A program made the position numbers and the translations under genes. Below the pieces are notes generated by a model. It saw only the letters and a program-made list of their open reading frames with translations, made no database searches and was not told the DNA's origin. Positions 50,844 to 60,696 of a stretch of DNA of 64,000 nt are shown piece after piece. Numbering within the stretch: the stretch's first letter is position 1; each line of letters begins with the position of its first letter. The stretch lies in assembly GCA_024402715.1 (NCBI GenBank), contig JAKSTF010000002.1, positions 14,230 to 78,229 of the forward strand, given 5' to 3'. This DNA is from Alphaproteobacteria bacterium (lineage in GTDB: Bacteria; Pseudomonadota; Alphaproteobacteria; Rs-D84).

Positions 50844-53800
50844 ATGTTTTTTATGAAAAAAACTGTTAGTTTTCTGGCGTTTATGGCATGTTTTTCAAGT
50901 GTATTTGCTGTAACGGCACGGCCCAGTGTTGTGACAACTGTGGCATCGCGTTCAAACATGCCAAATTTTATAAACCCAAATAATCAGTTTAAATATACCA
51001 CCACAAATGGGCGTCCTGCCACGACGGTTACAACGACGGTGACGGGGACTACAAATTTGATGGATAATGCAGAATGCATCGACGCATATACCGAATGTAT
51101 AACCGCGGATGACGTATGTGGTGCAAATTTCGAAGAATGCACGACAACCGAATTATTTCATGGCCAAATGGCAAAATGTTCCAGTACATTATACCAATGC
51201 AAATCGGATGGTATTACCGCATTGTTTGGGACAAATTCTGTGACCGCGTTGGGTGCTGTAACCAACGGTACCGCCGGTAAAGAGGGTGCAACCTATACAT
51301 ATCCAACGGTTACCAGTATTATGGGACAACGTGTTGCGGGTGGTGCGATTTCGAATCGGTATGATACATCACAATGTGTAAAAAAATATACAAATTGTGT
51401 TCACAAAGATACCGTATGTGGTCCCGATTTTGAATTGTGTACAGGTATAAAAGAATTTAAAAAGCAAATGTCATTTTGTGCATCGACATTGGTCCGTTGC
51501 CCCAAAGAGGGTATAATTGCCCTGTTTGGACAAGATATTGATATAAACGATGATGGTTCGTTAAAGAGTAACACAAACGGAATTAAATTGGATGGTAAAG
51601 ACAGTCGTATTGGTCAAATGATTGATGACGGTGCGGCATTGGCGGCGAAAAACGCTGTTAATACCTGTTACAAGGTTGTAGACAGTTGTATTATTAGTGC
51701 CTGTAAAGATAATCCGTTCAAATGTAAGACCGATGTGTTTGTTTCTTTGACAGATGCAGTGGAACAGATAGAAAACAATTCTGAATATAATAGTTTGGCG
51801 GAAAAATATAATTCTTTGTTGAAACAAGAGTATTCATCGGATGTAACAACAAATAAAACGGTAGAAAAGTATATACGAAGCAAATGTTTGGATACAATTG
51901 GTGGTAATAAATATTGTCAATTGGTTGTTAAAGGGACGGCTAGTGCCAAACAAATTATAGATCCAGAAGAATTGGCTGATGATTATACAGAAGTTTTTGA
52001 TGATTTGTATAATGCACGTATGAATGCAGCGGCACATGAAAAAATTAATACATTGGCGGAACAATTTGATACCAAGGCCAAAAATAAATGCTATGAAACG
52101 ATTAAATCATGTGCAATGCGTTCGTGTGGTAATGGTAACGGTGCGGCATGTTATGCATCCGTATTTGGTACAGATGGTGTTACAAATGGCAGCATAAATG
52201 GAACAAAGTCATACAGCAATATTCAGGCTGGGTGCGAGGCAATCGTTAACACCGATCCGTATTGCATTTATTCAAAGGTTGACGAAAGTGGTAAAGGCAT
52301 AACATCAGATACGTTAAATACGTATGCGGATTCTTCTGCGTTTGAAATATTATTCCCAGCCTATGATGGTACAACAAAATCTGATCCGATTGGGGCGGTT
52401 GCAAAATTAAATGCGTCACTGTCATCGGCATTTAATGCATCGGCAATTGCACAAAAACGTAAACAGTGCATTAAGACCGCACAAAATTGTGTAAAATCAA
52501 TGTGTGGGGATGATTATGAAAATTGTTATCGTAATCGTACAGATGCTATGTCTAAGATCACAAGCACAAGTAAAAACGATTATAATGAAAGTATGAACAG
52601 GGTTGGTGGTGTATTGGATCGTACAATTGTTGTCGGTTTGTGTATGAATACGGTAAGAGATAGTGCAGCTTGCGAAGATCATTTGGCAATTAAATTGGCG
52701 GAAATATCTGCAACATATGCAAATAAAAATGCCGCAGACAGTTGGGGAAACAGCACAACAGTTCGTAATGGTTGGTTGGGTGCAGGTGCCTCGGATGGGG
52801 CAGAATATGATGAAAATGAAGCAAAGGAAGAGACGTCCGAAGAAAAAGCGGCTGAAAATTTATTTGCTGAAATTTTGGATGATATTGAAGTAGAAGTCCA
52901 GGCAAAATATAACGCAAAATTGACCAAGGAACAGAACGTTTGTTTGAAAAATAATGGTGGGGTCAGCGGTATTGATTCTGGAACATATATGTGGGCCAAA
53001 TTAAAAAATGGCAAGGTTCCGGATGGTTATTCAACAAATGGTTTGGTTGACACGGATTTGAGTGCATCAAATGATTTGTATGGTTCATTCTGTCGTGTGC
53101 GTGTTACAATGACATCAACCGATCCAAAGATTAAAAAATTCTTGGAAGGCAATTCTGCAAAAGCAACGCGGTATTTTGCGGTTGGTGATGCATTTGTCTG
53201 TGGATCATGGTTAACATCGCAGGATAAAGATGGAGAAGATGGAGAAGATGGAGATAGTGATCTTACTAAAATTGAAAAACTTGTGAAAGGTGATGTTATA
53301 TCCAGTTCCACAGAAAAACGTCAGGAAAGAAATAAAGTAATGGCGACGGCGATATCCGCTTTGGCTGGTGGTGTTGGTGGTGGCGTATTGGGTAATAAAA
53401 TCGGAAACGGTGATATTTTACCAAATTTGACCAGTAATAAGGCTGATAACAAAAAAATAAGTGACTGTAATAATTATGTAAATTACTTAAGTGGGGTTAG
53501 CAAAGACTCGTTACGTACTATCGTGGAATCTCGGTTGGATGCGTTGAACAAGCTTAATTCAGGATTTGGCGTAAAGTCTGAATGGGCAAACTTAGATAGT
53601 AGTTGTGCTAATAATAATAATAATAATAATATTACTGAGTGTGCTGCGAATCTTATTAAAGATGCCATGAATGGAATTAAATGTTCCAGTCTTGCTGAAC
53701 AAAAAGGTGTATTTAAAGGTAAATTAACTGGTGCACAATTTGGTACGGCCATTGGGGCAGCGGTTGGTTCGTTTGGGGCTGGTTTCGCCGCGTATAAAAT

Positions 53801-53951
53801 AGCGGATTCTAGCCAGCAAATAAAGAATGCTGAAGCCAAAGATGCCGCATGGGAAGAATTTATGGCGGAAATCGGTTCCAAAATCCGGTGCTATATCGGC
53901 ACGACCGAGGCCGGCGGTTACGGTGATACGGTAATGTTAACCGTTGAATAA
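50844..53951 (+). CDS. very large secreted Cys-rich protein, relative C (function unknown)
   Basis: About 1035 aa with signal peptide MFFMKKTVSFLAFMACFSSVFA and a short T/R-rich tract. Contains a duplicated six-Cys module, further C-x6-C-x4-C units, an acidic DGEDGEDGD stretch, an Asn7 run, and two Gly-zipper hydrophobic segments near the C-terminus. Confidence 0.8.
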   Translation: MFFMKKTVSFLAFMACFSSVFAVTARPSVVTTVASRSNMPNFINPNNQFKYTTTNGRPATTVTTTVTGTTNLMDNAECIDAYTECITADDVCGANFEECTTTELFHGQMAKCSSTLYQCKSDGITALFGTNSVTALGAVTNGTAGKEGATYTYPTVTSIMGQRVAGGAISNRYDTSQCVKKYTNCVHKDTVCGPDFELCTGIKEFKKQMSFCASTLVRCPKEGIIALFGQDIDINDDGSLKSNTNGIKLDGKDSRIGQMIDDGAALAAKNAVNTCYKVVDSCIISACKDNPFKCKTDVFVSLTDAVEQIENNSEYNSLAEKYNSLLKQEYSSDVTTNKTVEKYIRSKCLDTIGGNKYCQLVVKGTASAKQIIDPEELADDYTEVFDDLYNARMNAAAHEKINTLAEQFDTKAKNKCYETIKSCAMRSCGNGNGAACYASVFGTDGVTNGSINGTKSYSNIQAGCEAIVNTDPYCIYSKVDESGKGITSDTLNTYADSSAFEILFPAYDGTTKSDPIGAVAKLNASLSSAFNASAIAQKRKQCIKTAQNCVKSMCGDDYENCYRNRTDAMSKITSTSKNDYNESMNRVGGVLDRTIVVGLCMNTVRDSAACEDHLAIKLAEISATYANKNAADSWGNSTTVRNGWLGAGASDGAEYDENEAKEETSEEKAAENLFAEILDDIEVEVQAKYNAKLTKEQNVCLKNNGGVSGIDSGTYMWAKLKNGKVPDGYSTNGLVDTDLSASNDLYGSFCRVRVTMTSTDPKIKKFLEGNSAKATRYFAVGDAFVCGSWLTSQDKDGEDGEDGDSDLTKIEKLVKGDVISSSTEKRQERNKVMATAISALAGGVGGGVLGNKIGNGDILPNLTSNKADNKKISDCNNYVNYLSGVSKDSLRTIVESRLDALNKLNSGFGVKSEWANLDSSCANNNNNNNITECAANLIKDAMNGIKCSSLAEQKGVFKGKLTGAQFGTAIGAAVGSFGAGFAAYKIADSSQQIKNAEAKDAAWEEFMAEIGSKIRCYIGTTEAGGYGDTVMLTVE

Positions 53952-53952
53952 T

Positions 53953-53980
53953 AAAAAATCCCCCAATTGGGGGATTTTTT
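53953..53980 (+). terminator. rho-independent (bidirectional) terminator
   Basis: aaaaaatccccc-aatt-gggggatttttt. Confidence 0.8.
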
Positions 53981-54038
53981 ATTATTGCCAACGTTAATCC
54001 CCATGGCGATTTATTAAATACCCATTTAATGATAATTT

Positions 54039-54120
54039 TGTATCACTGCACACAGTGATACACAGTGATTGCGTTTCACTGTGGGGTAAAATTTGTATCA
54101 CTGTGGCAATTCACTGCGTA
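54039..54120. repeat. array of six TCACTG/CAGTGA motifs, including a 10-bp-arm inverted repeat
   Basis: tgtatcactg-caca-cagtgataca (54039-54062). Further copies at 54063, 54076, 54098 and 54111. tgtatcactg occurs twice (54039, 54094). Confidence 0.8.
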
Positions 54121-54257
54121 TCTGTGTGCATATTACATTAACCAATAATTCATATTATATGGTGGGTTAATGATAAACACACCAAAATCCATTTGTGTAT
54201 TGATAAACATATTTTAGATTATACCATTTTGCAAATATAAAATTGGTGGTAAAATTT

Positions 54258-55253
54258 TTATGGTCTGCGATTTAATATACTGATAACAACCTGTTTAACG
54301 GTATCTGCTTCGGATGGTGTGCTTTCCGCTATCAATAATGTCAATGCAAATAATGTGGCACTATCTATAATATTTTGACCATTATTCCCATACAATATCT
54401 TGTTTTTATCCAAGAAATATAAAAAGCAACTGGCGCCGATACGTTTGTTTCCATCAACAAAACTGTGATTTTTTACGATTAAATATAGTAAATTTGCCGC
54501 TTTTTCTTCCAATGTTGGATACAAGTCTTTGCCATCAAATGTTTGATATATTTGACCGATGGAACTATAAAAACTTTCATCTTTGGGTTTTGCGAATACA
54601 TCACTGGCAAAATTTCCCTTCATTTTATCAACCACGGATAAAAATTCATCTGGGGGAATTACGATTGCGGTTGATTCTGTTTTTCCTTGGAAATCCAATG
54701 TTTTATGGTCAAAATCATCAAGCAAATTCAACCCCTTTACAAAATCATTCAGAACACGTGATACCTGTTGCGCCTGGTCAATGGTTTGTGCTTGATTTTC
54801 AATACTGCGACTCATTAAATCTAATGTTTTTTGCAACATTAACATCTTTGATTTTTGTTCGGATAACATCTGTTGATTTACAACATACCCATTTAACAAA
54901 TAATCTTTTAATGTTTTTGTTGCCCAGATACGAAATTGTGTTGCTGTTTTAGATTTTACACGATATCCCACAGACAGAATCATATCAAGGTTGTAATGCG
55001 AAATTTGACGAGAAACCCTGCGTTTCCCTTCTGAACGAACTATTAAGAAATCCTTAATAGTTGAATTTTCGTCCAATTCGCCTTCGGATATAATATTCTT
55101 AATATGCATATTTATATTAGGTATCGTCGTTCCAAACAATTTTGATATTGCGTCCTGGGTTAACCATACCGTGTCATCCTGAACACGAACATCAATTTGT
55201 GTTTGCCCGTTTTCAGCAATATATATAGCAATTTGATTATTTACATCTGTCAT
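54258..55253 (-). CDS. RhuM-family N-terminal domain fused to a Fic/Doc domain protein
   Basis: N-terminus ..LSVGYRVKSKTATQFRIWATKTLKDYL (RhuM-like). The C-terminus carries HSFVDGNKRIGA (Fic/Doc HxFx[DE]GN[GK]R motif). Confidence 0.8.
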   Translation of the reverse strand: MTDVNNQIAIYIAENGQTQIDVRVQDDTVWLTQDAISKLFGTTIPNINMHIKNIISEGELDENSTIKDFLIVRSEGKRRVSRQISHYNLDMILSVGYRVKSKTATQFRIWATKTLKDYLLNGYVVNQQMLSEQKSKMLMLQKTLDLMSRSIENQAQTIDQAQQVSRVLNDFVKGLNLLDDFDHKTLDFQGKTESTAIVIPPDEFLSVVDKMKGNFASDVFAKPKDESFYSSIGQIYQTFDGKDLYPTLEEKAANLLYLIVKNHSFVDGNKRIGASCFLYFLDKNKILYGNNGQNIIDSATLFALTLLIAESTPSEADTVKQVVISILNRRP

Positions 55254-55400
55254 GGTCTTTCCTGTTTATGGAAACATTATATTAAAAGATTAACAAGTTA
55301 TAAACAAAAAACGCGATAAATTCAAAAAGTACCAAGCAAAGTGTCAGGCATTTTGGTGTTTTTTGATTTAAAATTGTCTGTAAAGGGCGTATTCACCCCC

Positions 55401-55437
55401 CAGTGCCGTCATTCCGGCACAGGCCGGAATCCACTGC
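55401..55437. repeat. GC-rich palindromic element
   Basis: attccggc-acag-gccggaat (55411-55430) nested inside cagtg...cactg. Stands out against AT-rich flanks. Confidence 0.7.
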
Positions 55438-55487
55438 GTCGCAGACAGTAAAATAAACATTGTTCACATCAAATAATCACACAGGTT

Positions 55488-56798
55488 TTACAAATTGTCT
55501 TTGATTAATTTCCATATTTTTTCGGTTTGCGCCTTTGATAAATTCCATGTATTTGTTAAATCTGACTTAATTTGATTTATCAATCCGGTTCCACTATCAA
55601 TATTGCCAGCCAATTTTTTTGCAATATCTTCGGTGCCATCAATAAAATATATGACCAAACAAATTGATAATAATGTTGAAATAAAACCCAAGTCCGTTGG
55701 GGTTGGAATATGTGTTTGTATATCAATCGGCATCAACCATGATAATAACGCCCCACAAAATCCAATTGATACCGCCAATGATACATAATATAACGATGCA
55801 TTTATGAATTTTTTTATAACAGATTCCAATTTAAATTTATCTGTTTTAAATAAGCCCATAAAACTGTTTATAATATTGCCAACAATTCCATCATATTTTG
55901 TTTTTGCCGTTGTTTCTGCAATTGCGGTCAATGGTAATAATAAAATTGATAAAAACAAATCCAATATTACCCCCAATGAAATAAATGCAAATTTAAATGC
56001 GGCCAAAATAAATAAAACAACAAATGCAAAACCAATTAAAAATGTAAAACCGCTGTTGCCGATACCAAAACGCATCCATTGAAATCCGGTGGCAACGCCC
56101 GTGTACAAAAATCCGGTTAATCGCGTTGGAATACACATTAAACCGGCCGCCGCATCCGGGGCAATTAACATTTGTTGAGATGTGTTTGCAGCGGCATATT
56201 GATATATTGCATTGCAGGTATCTGGAATTTGTATCCCGGCAAAGTTTGTTACCGTATTTAAAATCATGTCAGATACATATACGCCAAATAATATTATTGG
56301 GGTTGCAACCGCCATAAATATTTTTGCGGGACCAAAGCGTAATATTATGATGCAAATGGCAATTTTTACCCCTTGGCGGACAATTGATTGTAATAAATCC
56401 ATGATATTACTGCTGCTTTGCATCATTTTATATGTTTCGCCCATTATCCAAAATGCGAACATGGTAACCATAAACAATATTGCAAATCTAAATAATGATA
56501 TATCCAGCATGTGGCCCACCAACGAAATGCCGTTCATCAATGCCAGGCCAACCTTGGCCTCGATCGGGACAAAATCATCAACCAATTGCACGTGTTGGAT
56601 ATTTTTTCCAAATTGATCTAAATCAGTGGATAAATTTGATGTAATATTCGTGATTGTTGTTTGATCAATTATATTAGTGTTGTCGCCACTTTCGGAATTT
56701 TGTGGCGCATTATCGCCAAATGCATTACACAGTCCGGCGTTTATTATAAATATACCACAAATAATAATTTTAAAAAATTTTGTTAAATACTGTTTCAT
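55488..56798 (-). CDS. polytopic membrane protein M1, VirB6/TrbL-like (tentative)
   Basis: 436 aa with a signal peptide and at least 6 TM segments. Central LLLPLTAIAETTAKTKYDG segment, analogous to the P-L-x..W/T region of VirB6. Last gene of a 4-gene coupled operon. Confidence 0.45.
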   Translation of the reverse strand: MKQYLTKFFKIIICGIFIINAGLCNAFGDNAPQNSESGDNTNIIDQTTITNITSNLSTDLDQFGKNIQHVQLVDDFVPIEAKVGLALMNGISLVGHMLDISLFRFAILFMVTMFAFWIMGETYKMMQSSSNIMDLLQSIVRQGVKIAICIIILRFGPAKIFMAVATPIILFGVYVSDMILNTVTNFAGIQIPDTCNAIYQYAAANTSQQMLIAPDAAAGLMCIPTRLTGFLYTGVATGFQWMRFGIGNSGFTFLIGFAFVVLFILAAFKFAFISLGVILDLFLSILLLPLTAIAETTAKTKYDGIVGNIINSFMGLFKTDKFKLESVIKKFINASLYYVSLAVSIGFCGALLSWLMPIDIQTHIPTPTDLGFISTLLSICLVIYFIDGTEDIAKKLAGNIDSGTGLINQIKSDLTNTWNLSKAQTEKIWKLIKDNL

Positions 56799-56804
56799 TT
56801 TATT

Positions 56805-58238
56805 TTATGAATTAATCCATCCCCGATTTTTTGCAAATGCAGTAATATATTTTTGTGCCTGATTATATGTGTTTTTACCCAATGTTTTTAATGCACCGCC
56901 AAAATCAAAATTGTCAGATGCAGGTTTAACTAAAACATCATCAATTTTTGGCGATATTACATAGTAATATAAAAAGAATATCAAAATCATAATCATTATG
57001 AATTCCCATCCATCTGACATAAAATCAAATGCATGCGGATATTTACGTTCAACCATTGCACGTTGTGCAGTAAAACATGTTATAAATTTATCTTTGTCTA
57101 ATACCCCAGATACGCTTGCCTTTTCTTCACAGGTTTTGAATACATTTACAACAGATAATGTTTGATTGTCTGGATTTTGAATATTTTGTCCAAATGTTGG
57201 TGGAAAAATAGCCGTATATCCGTCCATCGGGGCTGGAAAATATGCATCGGCTGCAACGGTTATTGTTGCGTATGTAATTATTGTTTTAAGGGTTATTGAA
57301 ATTATGCTTAGGGCCGAGGTTACAATCATATTTATTGCACCATTAATTGCGCCTGAGGCAACTGACCATGTTTTGTCCCATGCCGCCGCTGCCAATAAAA
57401 ATGGTAAAAATATTATTATAAATATTAATTTGAAAATAATTGTTAAAATTTGAAAAAATAAATCAAATCCGATTATTATGAACATAATAACCAATGTTAA
57501 TCCCGCCATCCATGTAAATATCCCGCCACCCATACCCATCCATGCATAATTCATCAATGAAAAACCACCTGCGACACCGGCCAACATAACGCTGTTTAAA
57601 TTTCCGATAACGCACATGAATGATTGAAATACAGGTCCCATAACATCGTTTGCAGCGTTTGTTAATGCATAGCATGATGCACCCTCTATTGCGCCCGTTG
57701 CCATCATTGACAATACACTGCCAATATATAATACGGGGGTAATTAAAACGTATGATACTGCACGTAATATTGTGTTGCCACCCACGCCTAAAACACCAAT
57801 TAATGCCCCAACGATTAAAATGCGAATTAATAATTTACGAATCGTTTCAAACCATTTGCTAAAATCTATTTTCTTTTCATTTGTGTCCAATTTGGTTGTT
57901 GTTTTTGCAGCATCTAAGATGTATTGGCCAGAATATATAAATAAGTAAATACCAAATCCAATCGCCATTAAAACCCACAGGGCGTTTACAATTGTAGACC
58001 AAAATTTTTCTGTGGCATCACCCAATATGCCAAATGTTTTTTCCAATATTTCACATAAAAAGCAACCATTTGTATTTGCAATATTACCGTTTGCCCCAAC
58101 GGCGTTCAAAAAACGGTCCATGCTGGAATATGTAATTGCACCACCGCCAATTGATGTGTAAACATACCATATCGCAATGCTGATAGTGATTATCGGTAAA
58201 ATGGCTTTGACTAAAAAAGAAATAATTACTTTTTTCAT
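56805..58238 (-). CDS. polytopic membrane protein M2, VirB6/TrbL-like (tentative)
   Basis: 477 aa with an N-terminal C-x2-C (GCFLCEILEKTF), many TM segments, and IFLPFLLAAAAWDKTW. The start overlaps the M3 stop (ATGA). Confidence 0.45.
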   Translation of the reverse strand: MKKVIISFLVKAILPIITISIAIWYVYTSIGGGAITYSSMDRFLNAVGANGNIANTNGCFLCEILEKTFGILGDATEKFWSTIVNALWVLMAIGFGIYLFIYSGQYILDAAKTTTKLDTNEKKIDFSKWFETIRKLLIRILIVGALIGVLGVGGNTILRAVSYVLITPVLYIGSVLSMMATGAIEGASCYALTNAANDVMGPVFQSFMCVIGNLNSVMLAGVAGGFSLMNYAWMGMGGGIFTWMAGLTLVIMFIIIGFDLFFQILTIIFKLIFIIIFLPFLLAAAAWDKTWSVASGAINGAINMIVTSALSIISITLKTIITYATITVAADAYFPAPMDGYTAIFPPTFGQNIQNPDNQTLSVVNVFKTCEEKASVSGVLDKDKFITCFTAQRAMVERKYPHAFDFMSDGWEFIMIMILIFFLYYYVISPKIDDVLVKPASDNFDFGGALKTLGKNTYNQAQKYITAFAKNRGWINS

Positions 58239-59413
58239 GGTTTGATTTTTTTAATAATATCGTTAATTTTCTGACCAAAATTTTTTACGTTATCAGGTAA
58301 TCTGAACATATCAGTGGCCATATTTTCATTCATTTTTGTATCCGCCGATACTTTGAATACATCCAATATCATTTTTTGAATTGATGGAATCTTTTTTGAA
58401 ATAAAATCTAAAACATATACCAATACGATTGTGCTGAAAATTCCCAATATCGCCAGATTGTTTTCTGATAATTGGGCATTAAATATATCGCCTGATAATA
58501 TTTTTGACATTAAATCTGATGCTGATACACCCTGGACGGTAAAGAATTTTGCAATTATTACCATAATTATTGTATATGAAATTACGGCCGCCACCAGGCC
58601 AACAATGGCATTAATAACACGTTTGAAATATCCCGTCCCAAATTCTTTGCCAATCCCAGCCATCCAAGATGGAACGTCTTTGGCACCATTAAACGCGACC
58701 ATTGATAACGATAACGGAAAGAAAAATGAAAAATATGCCATGGCGATTATAATGTCTACGAAATAAAAACAATAACGTAAGAACAATTCAAAAAATTTAT
58801 ACGATATAAACAAACCGATAAAAAATATAATTATATGTTTAATAAACATTCCGATACTTAACATGGCGGACCATGAAAACGCCTGATCCATTATTGCAAT
58901 GCCCAATTTAATAAACGATTGAAACATTGTAACAGATGATTTCATTAACGTTATTATTGTGTCCCGTAATTGTGGTCGGAAAAATCCGTCCTGGGATATT
59001 TTTTCTGGTTGATATGTTACGCGTTCATTAACGGTTGCCGGGTCGGTTTGCAACATTGAATCTGTATAAATTAATGCGATTTGTGCGGCCGGTTCAAATG
59101 TTATGGTTGTTAAAAAACGTGGGAATATTACGCCGGTACTAAGTAAAGCGAATGCAACAATTGCATTTATAAATACGCGTTGTAATGAATCTTTGTACCA
59201 TGTATCTTGGGCGTTGTTTTCACGAATGTTTTTCCATACGACGTTTAAAATATAAAATGCCAATAATATGATAAACAATATCATGCAAATAATTGCCATT
59301 TTATGGTATATTGCCGCCGCCATCGTTGAAACGATTTGAAACAACCGGTCAAATACAGCACAGCCCCAGCACTGAACCGATGAATCAATCAAAATGTTTG
59401 CCAAATCTGTCAT
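58235..59413 (-). CDS. polytopic membrane protein M3, VirB6/TrbL-like (tentative)
   Basis: 392 aa with N-terminal QCWGCAVFDRLFQIVSTMAAAIY, closely matching M5 SCWSCQMFSDILAVLSKIAANAY. Also FFFPLSLSMVAFNGAKDVPSW. Confidence 0.45.
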   Translation of the reverse strand: MTDLANILIDSSVQCWGCAVFDRLFQIVSTMAAAIYHKMAIICMILFIILLAFYILNVVWKNIRENNAQDTWYKDSLQRVFINAIVAFALLSTGVIFPRFLTTITFEPAAQIALIYTDSMLQTDPATVNERVTYQPEKISQDGFFRPQLRDTIITLMKSSVTMFQSFIKLGIAIMDQAFSWSAMLSIGMFIKHIIIFFIGLFISYKFFELFLRYCFYFVDIIIAMAYFSFFFPLSLSMVAFNGAKDVPSWMAGIGKEFGTGYFKRVINAIVGLVAAVISYTIIMVIIAKFFTVQGVSASDLMSKILSGDIFNAQLSENNLAILGIFSTIVLVYVLDFISKKIPSIQKMILDVFKVSADTKMNENMATDMFRLPDNVKNFGQKINDIIKKIKP

Positions 59414-59415
59414 TG

Positions 59416-60675
59416 TTATTTTTTAATCCATCCTAATGCTTTGCCAATGGTTACCGCGTTGTTTTTTATAGTATTTGCAAAATTTTTTGTGTCGGCAGTT
59501 GCTGTTTTATACATTGCATCTGCATTTGAACCGGCAAATTTTAATAATATTTGGCGGGTTTTATTGAATAATTCATACATTATATAAATTGTTAATATTG
59601 CCGTTATCCATATAATTGTATGCGAACCAAATGAAAAATTGTTCCCCGATGCATCGGCAAACAGTGTATTAAGCCAGCCTAGCATAGAATTGGCAATGGC
59701 AATATTTATCCCCAAAATAATTGCACATGCAATCATTGTGATTATTAATTGTTGTAATGCTTTGACAATGCCAGAAAATGCCGGCCAAACATCAAACCAA
59801 CCATCACTATTTTTAGCGGTAACAACCCATGTTAATACCTGAAATGGATATAATATTAATGCCATCCCCATTTCAAATATGGCCCCAATTATCAATAATG
59901 CCATAAATATATTACATCCAACAAATGCAATAATTAATAATATACCCGTTAATATGTTCATAAAATCTGTCCCGCCGTGAAAGATAGGGGTGAACAGACC
60001 TGTTAAACCATTAATCACAAAATCTAAACCATTTTTAACAATTTGGTTGTTCGCGTGTGATAAATCGGATACTGGTTGCAATAAATAATTACAAGATGCT
60101 TGAGATATCCAGCCATTTGATATAATTTCAGGTGGACATACTGTGGAACTGGGGGTTGGGATGTTTATGACGGATAAAACACCATTCGTATAAATGGCTC
60201 CGAATTGTAAAAATGGGTTAATCAAAACGTCTGTTACAAATGTTGGTTTGATTTGTAATAATACAACGGTCGCAATTATTGCACGTATACCTGGACGCAA
60301 AATGTTTGATGCGATTTTTTCCGGTTTTTCACCTGATATCATTTCACCGCCACCGGAAAAGCCGGCAAATTCAACCCATGTTTTTGGAAAATACATTTTT
60401 ATTAAATATAGTGTAATAGATAAAGCAAAAAATCCCCATATTAACATCTGTATAATTCCGATACCCGATGTTGGTTTTACAAAAAATTCGTATCCACCGG
60501 TCGCAACCATCATCATGGCATCCAATACCATTGAAACAAATGGTGCCAAATTTAATGCATCAACAAAATCCCAATCCGCCAATGCTGTGGCCGGGATCAT
60601 AACAATTGATGTTATAATCAACATAGGAACGCGATGGGATAGTATCCAAATAAATAAATGTTGAACCAGATTCAT
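59416..60675 (-). CDS. polytopic membrane protein M4, VirB6/TrbL-like (tentative)
   Basis: About 420 aa from the ATG at complement 60675 (MNLVQHLF...). The ORF-track start at 60807 would overlap M5. Contains ILYPFQVLTWVVTAKNSDGW. Confidence 0.45.
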   Translation of the reverse strand: MNLVQHLFIWILSHRVPMLIITSIVMIPATALADWDFVDALNLAPFVSMVLDAMMMVATGGYEFFVKPTSGIGIIQMLIWGFFALSITLYLIKMYFPKTWVEFAGFSGGGEMISGEKPEKIASNILRPGIRAIIATVVLLQIKPTFVTDVLINPFLQFGAIYTNGVLSVINIPTPSSTVCPPEIISNGWISQASCNYLLQPVSDLSHANNQIVKNGLDFVINGLTGLFTPIFHGGTDFMNILTGILLIIAFVGCNIFMALLIIGAIFEMGMALILYPFQVLTWVVTAKNSDGWFDVWPAFSGIVKALQQLIITMIACAIILGINIAIANSMLGWLNTLFADASGNNFSFGSHTIIWITAILTIYIMYELFNKTRQILLKFAGSNADAMYKTATADTKNFANTIKNNAVTIGKALGWIKK

Positions 60676-60696
60676 ATTTGTATATTTTTTATCAAT

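Noticed and set aside
54049-54069. cacagtg occurs twice here and is identical to the V(D)J recombination signal heptamer.
   Set aside because: A 7-mer match is a coincidence, and there is no nonamer or RAG/Transib context. The motif is kept only as part of the TCACTG repeat array.
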